A stretch of 64,000 nt of DNA. Source: Halorutilales archaeon Cl-col2-1 (GTDB taxonomy: Archaea; Halobacteriota; Halobacteria; Halobacteriales; Afararchaeaceae). The notes under the pieces were generated by a model. The model did no database searches, had not been told where the DNA came from, and saw only the letters and a list, made by a program, of their open reading frames with translations. The stretch spans positions 1,248,001-1,312,000 of the forward strand of contig CP169074.1 in assembly GCA_041891055.1 (NCBI GenBank). Reading direction: 5' to 3'. Numbering within the stretch: the stretch's first letter is position 1; each line of letters starts with the position of its first letter. Position numbers and translations under genes: made by a program. This document shows, one piece after another, positions 49,201-58,866 of the stretch.

Positions 49201-51249
49201 TTATCGTGCTGCCCTTCGACCGAGGATGAACACGAGCAGGGCAAGCATCACTGCTCCAAAGCCTGTCTCAAGCGTCGTCAACAGTCGTCCGAGGCCAACC
49301 GGCTGGAAGTCACCGAATCCGAGCGCCGTGTACGTCAGTGTCGAGTAGTAGACCGAGTTGAGAATCTCGATAGGGTTGGACACAATCTGTGCGTAGGTAA
49401 TCGGGTCACTGTCTGCCGGTTTCATCCATCCTCCGAGCGGATACAGAAGTGCGAACGAGAAGATGATACCGAGGCTCCACGCGATGACGCGCCACGGACT
49501 CTCGCCGTAGAGCAGTGTCGCTCGTGCCACCTTCGCTCGACCCCACCGAGCGCCCGCTATGAACTGTTCTTCAAGTGAGGCGTCATTTGCTGTGGCATCA
49601 TCCCAGTAGTCCTGCTTCTGGAGGTCTTGCCGTCGGACAAACGAGCGAGCCTGTAACCGAGGGCGGGCGTGCTTTCCTCCGAGTTCCTCAAACGCTCGGT
49701 AGACGCTTTTCGCTTTATCTATGTCTTCATATTGGTTATTGTCTTCATAGTCAGGGTCATAGACGCAAGTCGAAGGTGAACGGATAGCCGAGAAAGTATG
49801 TGGGGATGTATTGCCGTCATCGGAAGGATGGCCAAGGAGTTTTGTTTTGTCATCAATTCTGGCATCACCCAATAGGGCACCTGAAAGACGACAGCCACTC
49901 ATATCTGCGCCCAGAAGAACAGTCCTGTTTAATTCTGCATTTTCAAAGTTAGATCTGCCTAATTTTGTATTATCGAAAGAACAGCCCGAGCAGTCTGAAC
50001 TACTAAAATTAGCGCCCTCAAAGTTAGTATCTGAGAAGTCTGAGTTAGCCACATCTGACTCTGAGAAATTAGGAGAATTTTGGAAAGTTACAGCTATATC
50101 TTCTGTAGTAGAAAAGTCAGAATCTCTAATATCGGATTTAGAAAACATAGCATCAGACCTAAAAACTGTTTTAGATTTGTCAATATTGGCATCTCCGCCG
50201 AATTGACCTCCTTCACGCATCGTCACTCTTGAAAAATCAGCATCTCCGATAAATTCACATCCGCAAAATTTACCATAGCCTAAATATGACGAGCGGAATT
50301 CTGCCCGTCCATCAAACAACGACTCTGTAAAATCAGCTCTTCCTCTAAACCTTGTATTAGTAAAACAAACAGACCGATTGATAGAACCTCCGTCATTTTC
50401 ACAAAATTCAGATCCTCTGAATGAAGATGAGGAATTGAAATTCGCATTCCTAAAATTGGCCGATTCATTAAAATTTGACCTAAGGAAATTCACTTTATCA
50501 TCAAATTCTGCTTCCTTGAATTTTGCTTTGCAGTTGAATTCGGAAGACGGAAAGTTAGTTCTTAAGTTTACATTTACTTCTCTAAAATCTGCTTCATTTT
50601 GGAAGGTTGCTTTCCCAAAGGCTGCTCCTCTATCAAAAGAGGCCCGATAGAAGTTTGCTTCAGCAAAATATGATTCACGAAACGTGGCTCCTCTGAAAGA
50701 GGTGCGTTCAAATGATGCCCTTCGTTCAAACATTACCTCTCGAAAATATGCACCTTTATTGAAATTGGCACCATCAAAAACAACATCTTCATAAAACTCG
50801 CTGCCATCAAATGATGTTTCATATATAAAACTAGAATAGTTTAGAAACATCTCTATATTTATGCTACAATCCTCTATTCTAACATCGCCCTTGAATTCAG
50901 AACCGATAAAAATAAGCGGAAAATCCGCATTTCCCCCAATTTCTTCTCTTTTTATTATTAAATCATCGAATATACAACCGATAAATTGACCACCTATATA
51001 TTCATATTCGTCTTCCTGGATTACTTTAAATAATTCATCTGACTTATCCTTTTCACTGGGTATTTCATCAAGAGGTAGGTGAAATATACATCTATCTCTA
51101 TTATCCAGTGCTTCAAATGGGCACTCCCAAACGTCTCTGCCGATATTCAACTTATTGAGAATTTTTGGCCAATCTTCAGCGAAGCCACCCCACTCCTGCC
51201 AGTCAGATTGGTCTGCTACAAAAGAGCAGGTGTCTGCCGTGGAACTCAT
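49201..51249 (-). CDS. Pentapeptide-repeat protein fused to K+-channel pore domain
   Basis: CPF..CIFH motif; long pentapeptide tract; YGESPWR; YYSTLTYTALGFGD selectivity filter. Confidence 0.88.
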   Translation of the reverse strand: MSSTADTCSFVADQSDWQEWGGFAEDWPKILNKLNIGRDVWECPFEALDNRDRCIFHLPLDEIPSEKDKSDELFKVIQEDEYEYIGGQFIGCIFDDLIIKREEIGGNADFPLIFIGSEFKGDVRIEDCSINIEMFLNYSSFIYETSFDGSEFYEDVVFDGANFNKGAYFREVMFERRASFERTSFRGATFRESYFAEANFYRASFDRGAAFGKATFQNEADFREVNVNLRTNFPSSEFNCKAKFKEAEFDDKVNFLRSNFNESANFRNANFNSSSSFRGSEFCENDGGSINRSVCFTNTRFRGRADFTESLFDGRAEFRSSYLGYGKFCGCEFIGDADFSRVTMREGGQFGGDANIDKSKTVFRSDAMFSKSDIRDSDFSTTEDIAVTFQNSPNFSESDVANSDFSDTNFEGANFSSSDCSGCSFDNTKLGRSNFENAELNRTVLLGADMSGCRLSGALLGDARIDDKTKLLGHPSDDGNTSPHTFSAIRSPSTCVYDPDYEDNNQYEDIDKAKSVYRAFEELGGKHARPRLQARSFVRRQDLQKQDYWDDATANDASLEEQFIAGARWGRAKVARATLLYGESPWRVIAWSLGIIFSFALLYPLGGWMKPADSDPITYAQIVSNPIEILNSVYYSTLTYTALGFGDFQPVGLGRLLTTLETGFGAVMLALLVFILGRRAAR

Positions 51250-51286
51250 CAGGGGGAGTGTGAACTTCCTGCCAAATATATTTTAT

Positions 51287-52403
51287 GTCTTTGGTGAATC
51301 GCAATACGTAACTTGATTTACTATTTTACAGCATGTTTGATGTTATAGACAGATCAGATCAGAACGAGTTCACGAAATTCTCTGTACCAGGCACGCGCAC
51401 GCACGGCTTCACGAAGCACAGCTTCGTTAGCTGAAAATCTTCGATTTTAAGCAGTGCCGAGCGTGCGCTTGATGTTTGAGAAGACGGTTTCAGACATGGA
51501 TCTTTGACCATAGAAAGACCCATCGATCCTAGTGTCGAAAATCTGAGATTTGCGTACATCCAAAAATCAGAGATTTTTGAATACGTTATGCGCCTGATCG
51601 ATGGGCCGGAACTCACGGTGTTTGATGAGTGGTCTTACGTCTTCTTCTCGTAATTTTTCACGTAGTTTCATCCAGTCATAGCCTTTGTCGGCAGCGAGGG
51701 TATGCAGGTCGCCTGCGTTCCGCAGTGCGACCTGCAAGCCGAGCTGAGTATCATGGCGTTTCTCAGCCGTGCAGTGAAGGTCAAGGACTGCTTGAGTTTC
51801 TGTGTCGACGAGGGCTGTAGCTTTGAGTGTCTGGACACGGTAATTCGTCCTACGGCAGTAGTGTTTGCTAGCGTTTTCTCGGTCGAAGTAAGTAGAGTCC
51901 ATAGCAGTGTGACCGGTGTTGTCGTGTAGTTCCGAGGAGAGACGGAGAAGTACTCGCCATACACCCATCTCTATCCTATCGAATGCTTTGACTAGGGTTG
52001 AATGGTGAGGGAGATCGTCCTCTTCGAGGCCGATCTCCTCAAGAATTCTTGGCATCTCGCTCAACAGATCGAGTGCTTCTCGGTAGGATTTCTCTAAGTA
52101 AATCCGTAGACAGTGGAGAGAAACGATGGCGTAATCCGCGAAGCCGCCACCCTGCTCTGGGGCGGCGGCTTCGCTCCGACCACCAACATCATGAACTCCG
52201 TTCATGAGCCTCAAAGCTCTGCTTTGAGACAGCGTTTTTAGCTAATGTCACGACTCTATCACTGAAGTTAATCGAAGATTCACATGCGTTAGGACACTTG
52301 CGTTCCAAAACGGGAGATTTTGGACATGTCACCGAAAACTTCCCGCTTCATCTCCTTTGCATTAGTGGCTTAACCCAACGCAGTCTAGTGATTCACCAAA
52401 GCT
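51287..52403 (-). mobile_element. IS5-family element whose transposase (52327 to 51321) is interrupted by four hairpin cassettes
   Basis: TIRs CTTTGGTGAATC / GATTCACCAAAG; MSKISR...DSTYFDRENAS...ADKGYD...YNIKHAVK. Inserts at 51411-51455, 51533-51583, 52186-52228 and 52268-52310. Confidence 0.92.
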
Positions 52404-54043
52404 TCTTTAATAATTATTATTATCCCAAGTCCAATAAGAATTACTGGCGAATAAGTAAAAAATATAGACATAACTGGAGGTGAATCTATAAAAGCTGAGG
52501 AGAGTATATTTAAAACTATTCCGAGTAAGATAAGAAAAACCCCATATAAATAATTTATGGTAGTTTTTTCAGAATCATATAGATAATAATATCCTATGTT
52601 TGTAAAAAATAGACTTGCTATGTAAAATGCTAAAACAACGGTAGTAAATGATGAAAAAGAAATAGCTTTGCCTGTTTCAATTATAACTAACAGATCTGAC
52701 CCAAATGCAAGTGATATAAGCTGAAGGGAGAATCCAACAAAGATCCAAATATGCTCGTATTCAACAGATTGAGAGGTTTTACTTTTACTATGGGTTAATT
52801 GAACTGACCAAATTCCAATAATTATAAAAAAAGGCCATAGTAGTCCGAAAGCAATATTAATAGAATCAATATATCTAATTGGAGTTATGATAACATAAAT
52901 CACATGGAGAAAAAATGCAATAATAGATATAGCGTTAAATCCTGGCGGGCGTGTAATCAAATCCTTATTTGAGGCTGTATTCTTTCCATCCCATGTATCA
53001 AGATAATGAGGGAGACGATAAAGTTCTCTTATCCATGCCCAAATACCATAACCAATAGCAAAGAAAATTAGAACTCCACCACCAATTAGATTCCACATAG
53101 ATAACCAATCACGAATTGAAATTGAAGAATTAGAATTAATCAGACTTTCAGCTATATCATCTGAAACTAAATCAAAATATATGGATCCTGTAGAGAATAA
53201 AGCGACGGAGGAAATTATACCCAGAAAAATGAAAAATATCATATTCATTCCAATTGGGCCTCGTGTAGTATTTTCGATAGAGTCAATTAATACTTTTTCA
53301 AAGTCAAATTCAAAGTTCATTAATCGGTTACGGTTAGGTCCTACACTTAATCGAGGAAATAAACGATATGATATTGCCCATCCTAAGAATATAAAATCAG
53401 GAAGTGGATATGAAATCATAGAGATTAGTAATACTACGGCTGCTGCAAACGTGGGAATAAAATAAATAACAGAGGCAAAGGTGAGTAGCAAAGAAGAAGA
53501 ACCAACTATCTTAACCCAGTCTTCTTGATTAAGTTGAGATTTGAATTCCGAGTCCTCAGTTTCTTCTATAGTAAAATGAAGTCGGGTCAAGATTGCTTTA
53601 CCCTGTGGATCAAATAGATCCCAATCACGTACTCTTGATAGATATACAAGGAAAAGAAATCCCACAAATAAATAACTAATAAATAAATATCCTGGGTGAA
53701 GGGAAGAGGGTATGAAATTGGGGAGAGCATAACCGAGAAGATTACCGAATAAAACAGACCCAATAGTGAATATAATCCTAATTCCCGGTTTTTCGTTAGG
53801 AAAGGAAGGAATCTTATTACCAAGATAACTATAAGCCAAGGGTGCGAGATTGTAGAGGGCGACTGCAAACATAAACCAAGTAGTCAAAAGAGCCATTTCT
53901 GACGAGCCGAAAATCCCCCCTGTAATCGAAATAAGTGGAGCGATTAAATCCTCAGGAAGTCGAGTTACAATATCAAGAATTACTGATGCGCCAAGAACAT
54001 CATAACGTGAAGGAAGCCAAGATCTTAACCGCGTTATTTTCAT
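52385..54043 (-). CDS. Very AT-rich polytopic membrane protein, unknown function
   Basis: 552 aa with more than 10 hydrophobic segments. The last codons and stop (ALVNH*) come from the IS end. Confidence 0.75.
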   Translation of the reverse strand: MKITRLRSWLPSRYDVLGASVILDIVTRLPEDLIAPLISITGGIFGSSEMALLTTWFMFAVALYNLAPLAYSYLGNKIPSFPNEKPGIRIIFTIGSVLFGNLLGYALPNFIPSSLHPGYLFISYLFVGFLFLVYLSRVRDWDLFDPQGKAILTRLHFTIEETEDSEFKSQLNQEDWVKIVGSSSLLLTFASVIYFIPTFAAAVVLLISMISYPLPDFIFLGWAISYRLFPRLSVGPNRNRLMNFEFDFEKVLIDSIENTTRGPIGMNMIFFIFLGIISSVALFSTGSIYFDLVSDDIAESLINSNSSISIRDWLSMWNLIGGGVLIFFAIGYGIWAWIRELYRLPHYLDTWDGKNTASNKDLITRPPGFNAISIIAFFLHVIYVIITPIRYIDSINIAFGLLWPFFIIIGIWSVQLTHSKSKTSQSVEYEHIWIFVGFSLQLISLAFGSDLLVIIETGKAISFSSFTTVVLAFYIASLFFTNIGYYYLYDSEKTTINYLYGVFLILLGIVLNILSSAFIDSPPVMSIFFTYSPVILIGLGIIIIIKEALVNH

Positions 54044-54293
54044 ACTCTATAATTCCCTCGTATTTCGGATAGTTAGGATTTATGGAAGTTAATTATAGAT
54101 GCTCCTACAAATTTAGTTCTGAGTGCATAGGGGAAGTTAGCGAGTAAATTTATCAGACTATTATCTCTAAATCCGTTTTCTATAGTAAATCGGGTAGAGA
54201 AACAGCTCAACACCCCATATAGGCATTAATACAAGAATATATCTATAGATAGAATCCGAAAGTACAATGTAAAAACGGGTATAGATACCGCTC

Positions 54294-54908
54294 ATGACTG
54301 AAGTCTGGCTGACTGAGAGTGAAATAGAAACTCTCGAACTTCAAGCCGACAAACTCAGAGATAGACTGATAATACAGCTCGGAGCCTACAGCGGTATGCG
54401 TATAGGTGAGGTTGTCTCTCTCCAGGTATCAGACTTAGGTCAAGAGACAGTCAACGGAGAACTAAGATATTTTGCTAAAGTCGAAGGGAAAAAGACTGAC
54501 CAAGATGCTGAAGGTGAGACTGAAAAAAAGATCCGTGAAGCATGGATTACACGTGATACCTGGAAAGACCTCCAGACCCATATAAACCAAGAGAATCTAA
54601 ACGGAGACGATTATGTCATGAACTCCCGGTATGGAGATGGTCTACACAAAGACAGTGCAAGAAAGATAGTCAAGAGGATAGCTGAGAAGGCTTACAATCA
54701 GACGGATAAAGAAAAGTTTCTCAATGTCAGTAGCCACGACCTGAGACGGTTCTTCGCCCACTACCTGGCTGAAGAACAGGGTATCAATATACGTGTGGTC
54801 ATGGATCTAGGGGGATGGGAGGATCTACAAACCTTCGTGAAGCATTATCTCGACAAGCCCAGCAAAAGAACAAAAGCTCGTGAATTAGAAGCCGCAGGAT
54901 GGAGATGA
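54294..54908 (+). CDS. Small tyrosine recombinase (catalytic domain only)
   Basis: GMR, GKK, SHDLRR, LGGW, HY give a complete R-K-H-R-W-Y set; 204 aa. Confidence 0.9.
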   Translation: MTEVWLTESEIETLELQADKLRDRLIIQLGAYSGMRIGEVVSLQVSDLGQETVNGELRYFAKVEGKKTDQDAEGETEKKIREAWITRDTWKDLQTHINQENLNGDDYVMNSRYGDGLHKDSARKIVKRIAEKAYNQTDKEKFLNVSSHDLRRFFAHYLAEEQGINIRVVMDLGGWEDLQTFVKHYLDKPSKRTKARELEAAGWR

Positions 54909-55069
54909 TTCCTATAGCTTCAACGCTATGCACTCCAAAGCGGGTGTGGTGGTGTCGGTGTTAAGCTGGGTCAGGTGACTCAGGTTAACAGTGATTGATT
55001 TACAATCCAAGCTAAAACTCAAATAGACAGCTTAGAGAAATATGTATACATTCTCATTACATTAGATTA

Positions 55070-55205
55070 GGCTTTGGTGGATCGGGCCAATATTACGACT
55101 CTATCAGTGAAGCAGGACATCTTAGACATACCATCAAAGATTTCCCGCTACCTTTCCTTTGAATTAGTGGTTTAATCGCGCGTAGTCCAGTGGTATATCA
55201 GAGCC
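55070..55205 (-). mobile_element. 136-bp internally deleted IS5 derivative (MITE-like)
   Basis: Ends GGCTTTGGTGGATC / ...TCAGAGCC. Aligns with 52250-52403 and encodes MSKMSCFTDRVVILA without the 43-bp insert. Confidence 0.8.
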
Positions 55206-55262
55206 TATTTTTTGAATGATATTCCTGAGTTTCATCTCAAGAAAAGGAATTACTGAGAATTC

Positions 55263-55940
55263 CTAAGATAGCGATAATTCTACGTGTTCCTCAAGTTCGG
55301 ACTCACGTAGATGTTCTAATTGATCATCAGAAAGATTATTCAGCGCAAAGCGTTCTTCATTTAGAAGTCCTTTTACAATCTCTTCAAGCTCTGTACCCTC
55401 GTACGGGCCGAAGAGCTTTTCCTTTGCTTGATCATATGATTGGCGTACATCTGAGCCGTATTCTTGTGTATATGATCCCAGTTCTCGTATATTTTCTTCT
55501 TTATTATTATATATATCTTCTTTCCAATCCCAATTATTAAATAGGTCAGCAAGATCATCGAGTATCTCTTCGTCAACCTGTTCGAGTCTTTGATTGAGCT
55601 TTTTCATGCCAGATACTTGATCTGCCATATCTGATCGGATGTCCTGAATCTTAACATTAATTCTGTGACGCTCTTTTTCAATTTCCGTTTCAAGTTCATC
55701 TATTTCCTCCTCCATCTTCTCGAAATTATTTCTCTCTATATGCTTATTCATTTCCTGAACAGCCTGTTTTTTATCTTCATCTATTTCTATTTCAATTTCA
55801 AATATAGTTGAAGCAAGAACTCCCTGTAGTATAGTTTCCTCCATTATATTTGCTACTTCATTCAAACGGTCATTTAGTTCACTATGTCTATACTGTTTAT
55901 ATACTTGGTCAAGTTCTTCCTCAAACCCTTCATTTGACAT
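55263..55940 (-). CDS. Helical/coiled-coil protein, DpdI-like position
   Basis: About 225 aa, acidic and helical; overlaps the end of the ATPase gene. Confidence 0.6.
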   Translation of the reverse strand: MSNEGFEEELDQVYKQYRHSELNDRLNEVANIMEETILQGVLASTIFEIEIEIDEDKKQAVQEMNKHIERNNFEKMEEEIDELETEIEKERHRINVKIQDIRSDMADQVSGMKKLNQRLEQVDEEILDDLADLFNNWDWKEDIYNNKEENIRELGSYTQEYGSDVRQSYDQAKEKLFGPYEGTELEEIVKGLLNEERFALNNLSDDQLEHLRESELEEHVELSLS

Positions 55941-58866
55941 AGTATTCACTCACCTCCTTGAAATTCTCCCCTATTTTACTATCCTGACTACTACCTACCA
56001 AAGGAACTGAACGGAATTGATGTACTATACTCATATTATCTAATTTGAGGCTTATGAGAGCCGCGGCAATACTCTGGAATTCATCTTCTTTCCAGAGTTC
56101 GTTTGCTATTTCGGCTGCTTCCTCTACTTCCCTTACATCTTCGTTAGTGTATTCGCATAGCTTACCTAACTCTTCGAGGAAGTCAGTGTTCACGCTATCA
56201 TAGACTTTCAGATTTTCGTATTTGGAACCTACTTCATTCATGTCTGTACCAGCAATCACGTCATTTACGTAGCTAATAACATCGTAATTGAATCCATGAT
56301 CAACCACATCGTCTAATGTTTGCCGAACATCATACATATTGTCAGCAAAGTCTTTCACATTGTGTCCTTTATCGAACCGAAGCCGGGAATCGATATTTTG
56401 TATCTGACCTCTGCCTAACTTGTCTAGAACTTCATAAGGCGGATTAGCTTGTAGACGGCGTCGTACGGCTGGTACGTCAAGTGAGCTCGCAGACACACCA
56501 AACATCTCTCTAACAAGTGACTCGACGTATTCTGCGTCCTGCATAAGCGTCTCAAATACCGAGTAACTACCTATATCAAGAACGTCTTTGAGTGGAGACG
56601 TGAGTCGGCGATCAACTGAGAAGCTTTTGTCATCCCGGAAACGTTCGTTCAGGTCTTCCGCAGAGAGAGGTCTGACAGGGTCATCAAGAAGACAAAGCGT
56701 AGCATAGGACGCTAACAGTAGGTCTGAGAATTCGTACCTAGCATCCCGCTTGTATATCCGATCATCTTTCTCAAGCTGTGTTTCAAAAATACGTCGACGC
56801 CACCCCTTAGAGTATCCAGCTAACTGAACACCTATTCTCTTGTACTGACTCTCGTAATCAGCACTCCGCGGCTCCTCATGGCGTCGAACCCCGAACTCAG
56901 CCAGCTGGCGTAGGTCAGATCTCCGAAAGTCCTTTCTACTAATTACGATCTGATCCTCTTCCGGAGCCTCATTCGAGTCCGAATACACGAAGGGATCCTT
57001 CTGACTGCTAAGCTTATAAAGCAGGTCACCACCTTCGTAGAGCTTGAATCCATCCGTTAGTTCTTTTATAAGATCCCTGAGACCTCTCCGAATGTACATA
57101 TTTGTATCCGGATATTTATCGGGATTCTCTATCCAAGAGTCGACTTCGTCTTTTGCCGTTCGTATCTTTTTCTGTAGGGGATCTGTACCGACAATTATCT
57201 CCCCGCAGTCACCACAAACAACGTTACCGTTACTCTTCGTTTGTATGTTCGAGGAACCGCAAGCAGGGCAGGTGTCTCCATTTCCTCCTCCACCGTTATC
57301 AACCTCTTCTTTATCAATTAGCACGTAATCGTCATCAAACGTAATTTCCTCCGGTAGATCTTCCGTTTCAAACCCAAATGCTTCGACGAACTTTCTATTG
57401 ATCGCCACTTGGCTTCCCCGTTCCTCTCCGTACCACTTCGCCAAATCAGCATACTCTTCCGCTTCGTCGTATACGATATCGGCTACGGATACCGTGTTCC
57501 GTATCCTTTCCCTGAGTACTCCGGCACTTGACGGTGCCTGTGCACTCCCGTAGTGGAACTCATCGAGTATGTCAAATACAGCAATCACGTACTCTCTGGG
57601 TGACTTTTGATCTTCTTCAAGACCAGAGTAGACTCGTCTCAGGAACTGCTCGTTGAACGGATATAGATCACGAAAATCGTCGTCACAGAAACCGCACTTC
57701 GCACAGATTGAGTCCGAAGGGGCATCCTTCAGATTGTAATCCCAACCTTCACGATCATACTGCACACTTCCATCATGTGATTTTATATAGCCAAGGTAGG
57801 GTCGGATAAAGTCAACCGAGGTTTCCTCGTCGAGAAAAAGCACACTGTTGGAATCCTTCTTGTTAGTCTGAAAGAACATAAACCGATCCTCTGAAGTCTG
57901 AGTATGTAATACCTTCGTGGAATCACGTGTACCTGCAACGATGAAATCCCAGTTATCAGACTCCTTGTCACGCTCCATGTAATTGGAGAGTCTTTTTGCT
58001 TCAACAGCAGCTATAGAGAAATCCTCAAATACTATCACAGGACGGGTGTCTTTGAATCTATTTCCCACTTTCTCAAGAATACTATCAAGTGAGGCTGTTT
58101 CGTAACGATCGCGTATTTCCCTCCAGAGCTCGTTGTTGAACTCCTGCGTGGCTTCTTCAATATCTACTGAACCGGCGAAAATCTGGAGAAAGTCCTCCTG
58201 TTCCATCTCCTCTTCTCTGATAAACCTAACCTTCTTGTCATACTCACCGCGTTCCATGAACTGATTGACTAACTTTTCCGCAACAAGATTGCTTATCTTG
58301 TTTCTTTGCTCCGAAGACTCCTCAACATTATATCCCCGCCTACGTAAATTAAGAATCGCACCTGACGTGGCGTTGGTGGCTACAGTCTCCGGATTTTTCT
58401 CAATGTCCTCACGAAGATTCTTGAACTTTTGTGCCCCAGGAAGTTCCTCTCCGAAATGCTCTTCGTAGAACTCCGGTATGCGTTCAGAGAGTATAGTCAT
58501 CAAGTCATCGTTCTTATCAATATGAAGTATGGGGCGATCATCACGGCGTAGACGATGAGTAAGATATGCACACAGTTCGGATTTCCCGGTTCCTACTTCT
58601 CCCTCAATTACAACAACGAAGTTTCCTTCTACCCTGTCCTCAGAAAACTGACGGTAGATACGATCCTCATCCCAGACTGGCAAGCCTTCCGAAGCTGTCC
58701 CACGGAAGACTTCCATAGGACGGTGGGTGAAGGAAAACAGGTCGTACTCTTCGGATCTAACGGCTGCTACTTTACTAAAGAGGCGTTCCAGAGTCTTGTC
58801 GTCAATCTCTTCAAAGTGAGGGCATTCCCCTAACTCATTCTCTGCCGGGTTCTTGTACATACTCAT
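55930..58866 (-). CDS. Large P-loop ATPase, DpdH-like
   Basis: THRPM; Walker A IEGEVGTGKS; Walker B VIVFED; CAKC..LYPFN; internal CPAC..CGDC ribbon; 978 aa. Confidence 0.75.
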   Translation of the reverse strand: MSMYKNPAENELGECPHFEEIDDKTLERLFSKVAAVRSEEYDLFSFTHRPMEVFRGTASEGLPVWDEDRIYRQFSEDRVEGNFVVVIEGEVGTGKSELCAYLTHRLRRDDRPILHIDKNDDLMTILSERIPEFYEEHFGEELPGAQKFKNLREDIEKNPETVATNATSGAILNLRRRGYNVEESSEQRNKISNLVAEKLVNQFMERGEYDKKVRFIREEEMEQEDFLQIFAGSVDIEEATQEFNNELWREIRDRYETASLDSILEKVGNRFKDTRPVIVFEDFSIAAVEAKRLSNYMERDKESDNWDFIVAGTRDSTKVLHTQTSEDRFMFFQTNKKDSNSVLFLDEETSVDFIRPYLGYIKSHDGSVQYDREGWDYNLKDAPSDSICAKCGFCDDDFRDLYPFNEQFLRRVYSGLEEDQKSPREYVIAVFDILDEFHYGSAQAPSSAGVLRERIRNTVSVADIVYDEAEEYADLAKWYGEERGSQVAINRKFVEAFGFETEDLPEEITFDDDYVLIDKEEVDNGGGGNGDTCPACGSSNIQTKSNGNVVCGDCGEIIVGTDPLQKKIRTAKDEVDSWIENPDKYPDTNMYIRRGLRDLIKELTDGFKLYEGGDLLYKLSSQKDPFVYSDSNEAPEEDQIVISRKDFRRSDLRQLAEFGVRRHEEPRSADYESQYKRIGVQLAGYSKGWRRRIFETQLEKDDRIYKRDARYEFSDLLLASYATLCLLDDPVRPLSAEDLNERFRDDKSFSVDRRLTSPLKDVLDIGSYSVFETLMQDAEYVESLVREMFGVSASSLDVPAVRRRLQANPPYEVLDKLGRGQIQNIDSRLRFDKGHNVKDFADNMYDVRQTLDDVVDHGFNYDVISYVNDVIAGTDMNEVGSKYENLKVYDSVNTDFLEELGKLCEYTNEDVREVEEAAEIANELWKEDEFQSIAAALISLKLDNMSIVHQFRSVPLVGSSQDSKIGENFKEVSEYYVK

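Noticed and set aside
51411-52310. Hairpin cassettes as bulge-helix-bulge mRNA introns
   Set aside because: I could not see BHB pairing at the junctions, the same hairpins occur intergenically, and the gene has an additional nonsense codon. Not formally excluded without RNA data.
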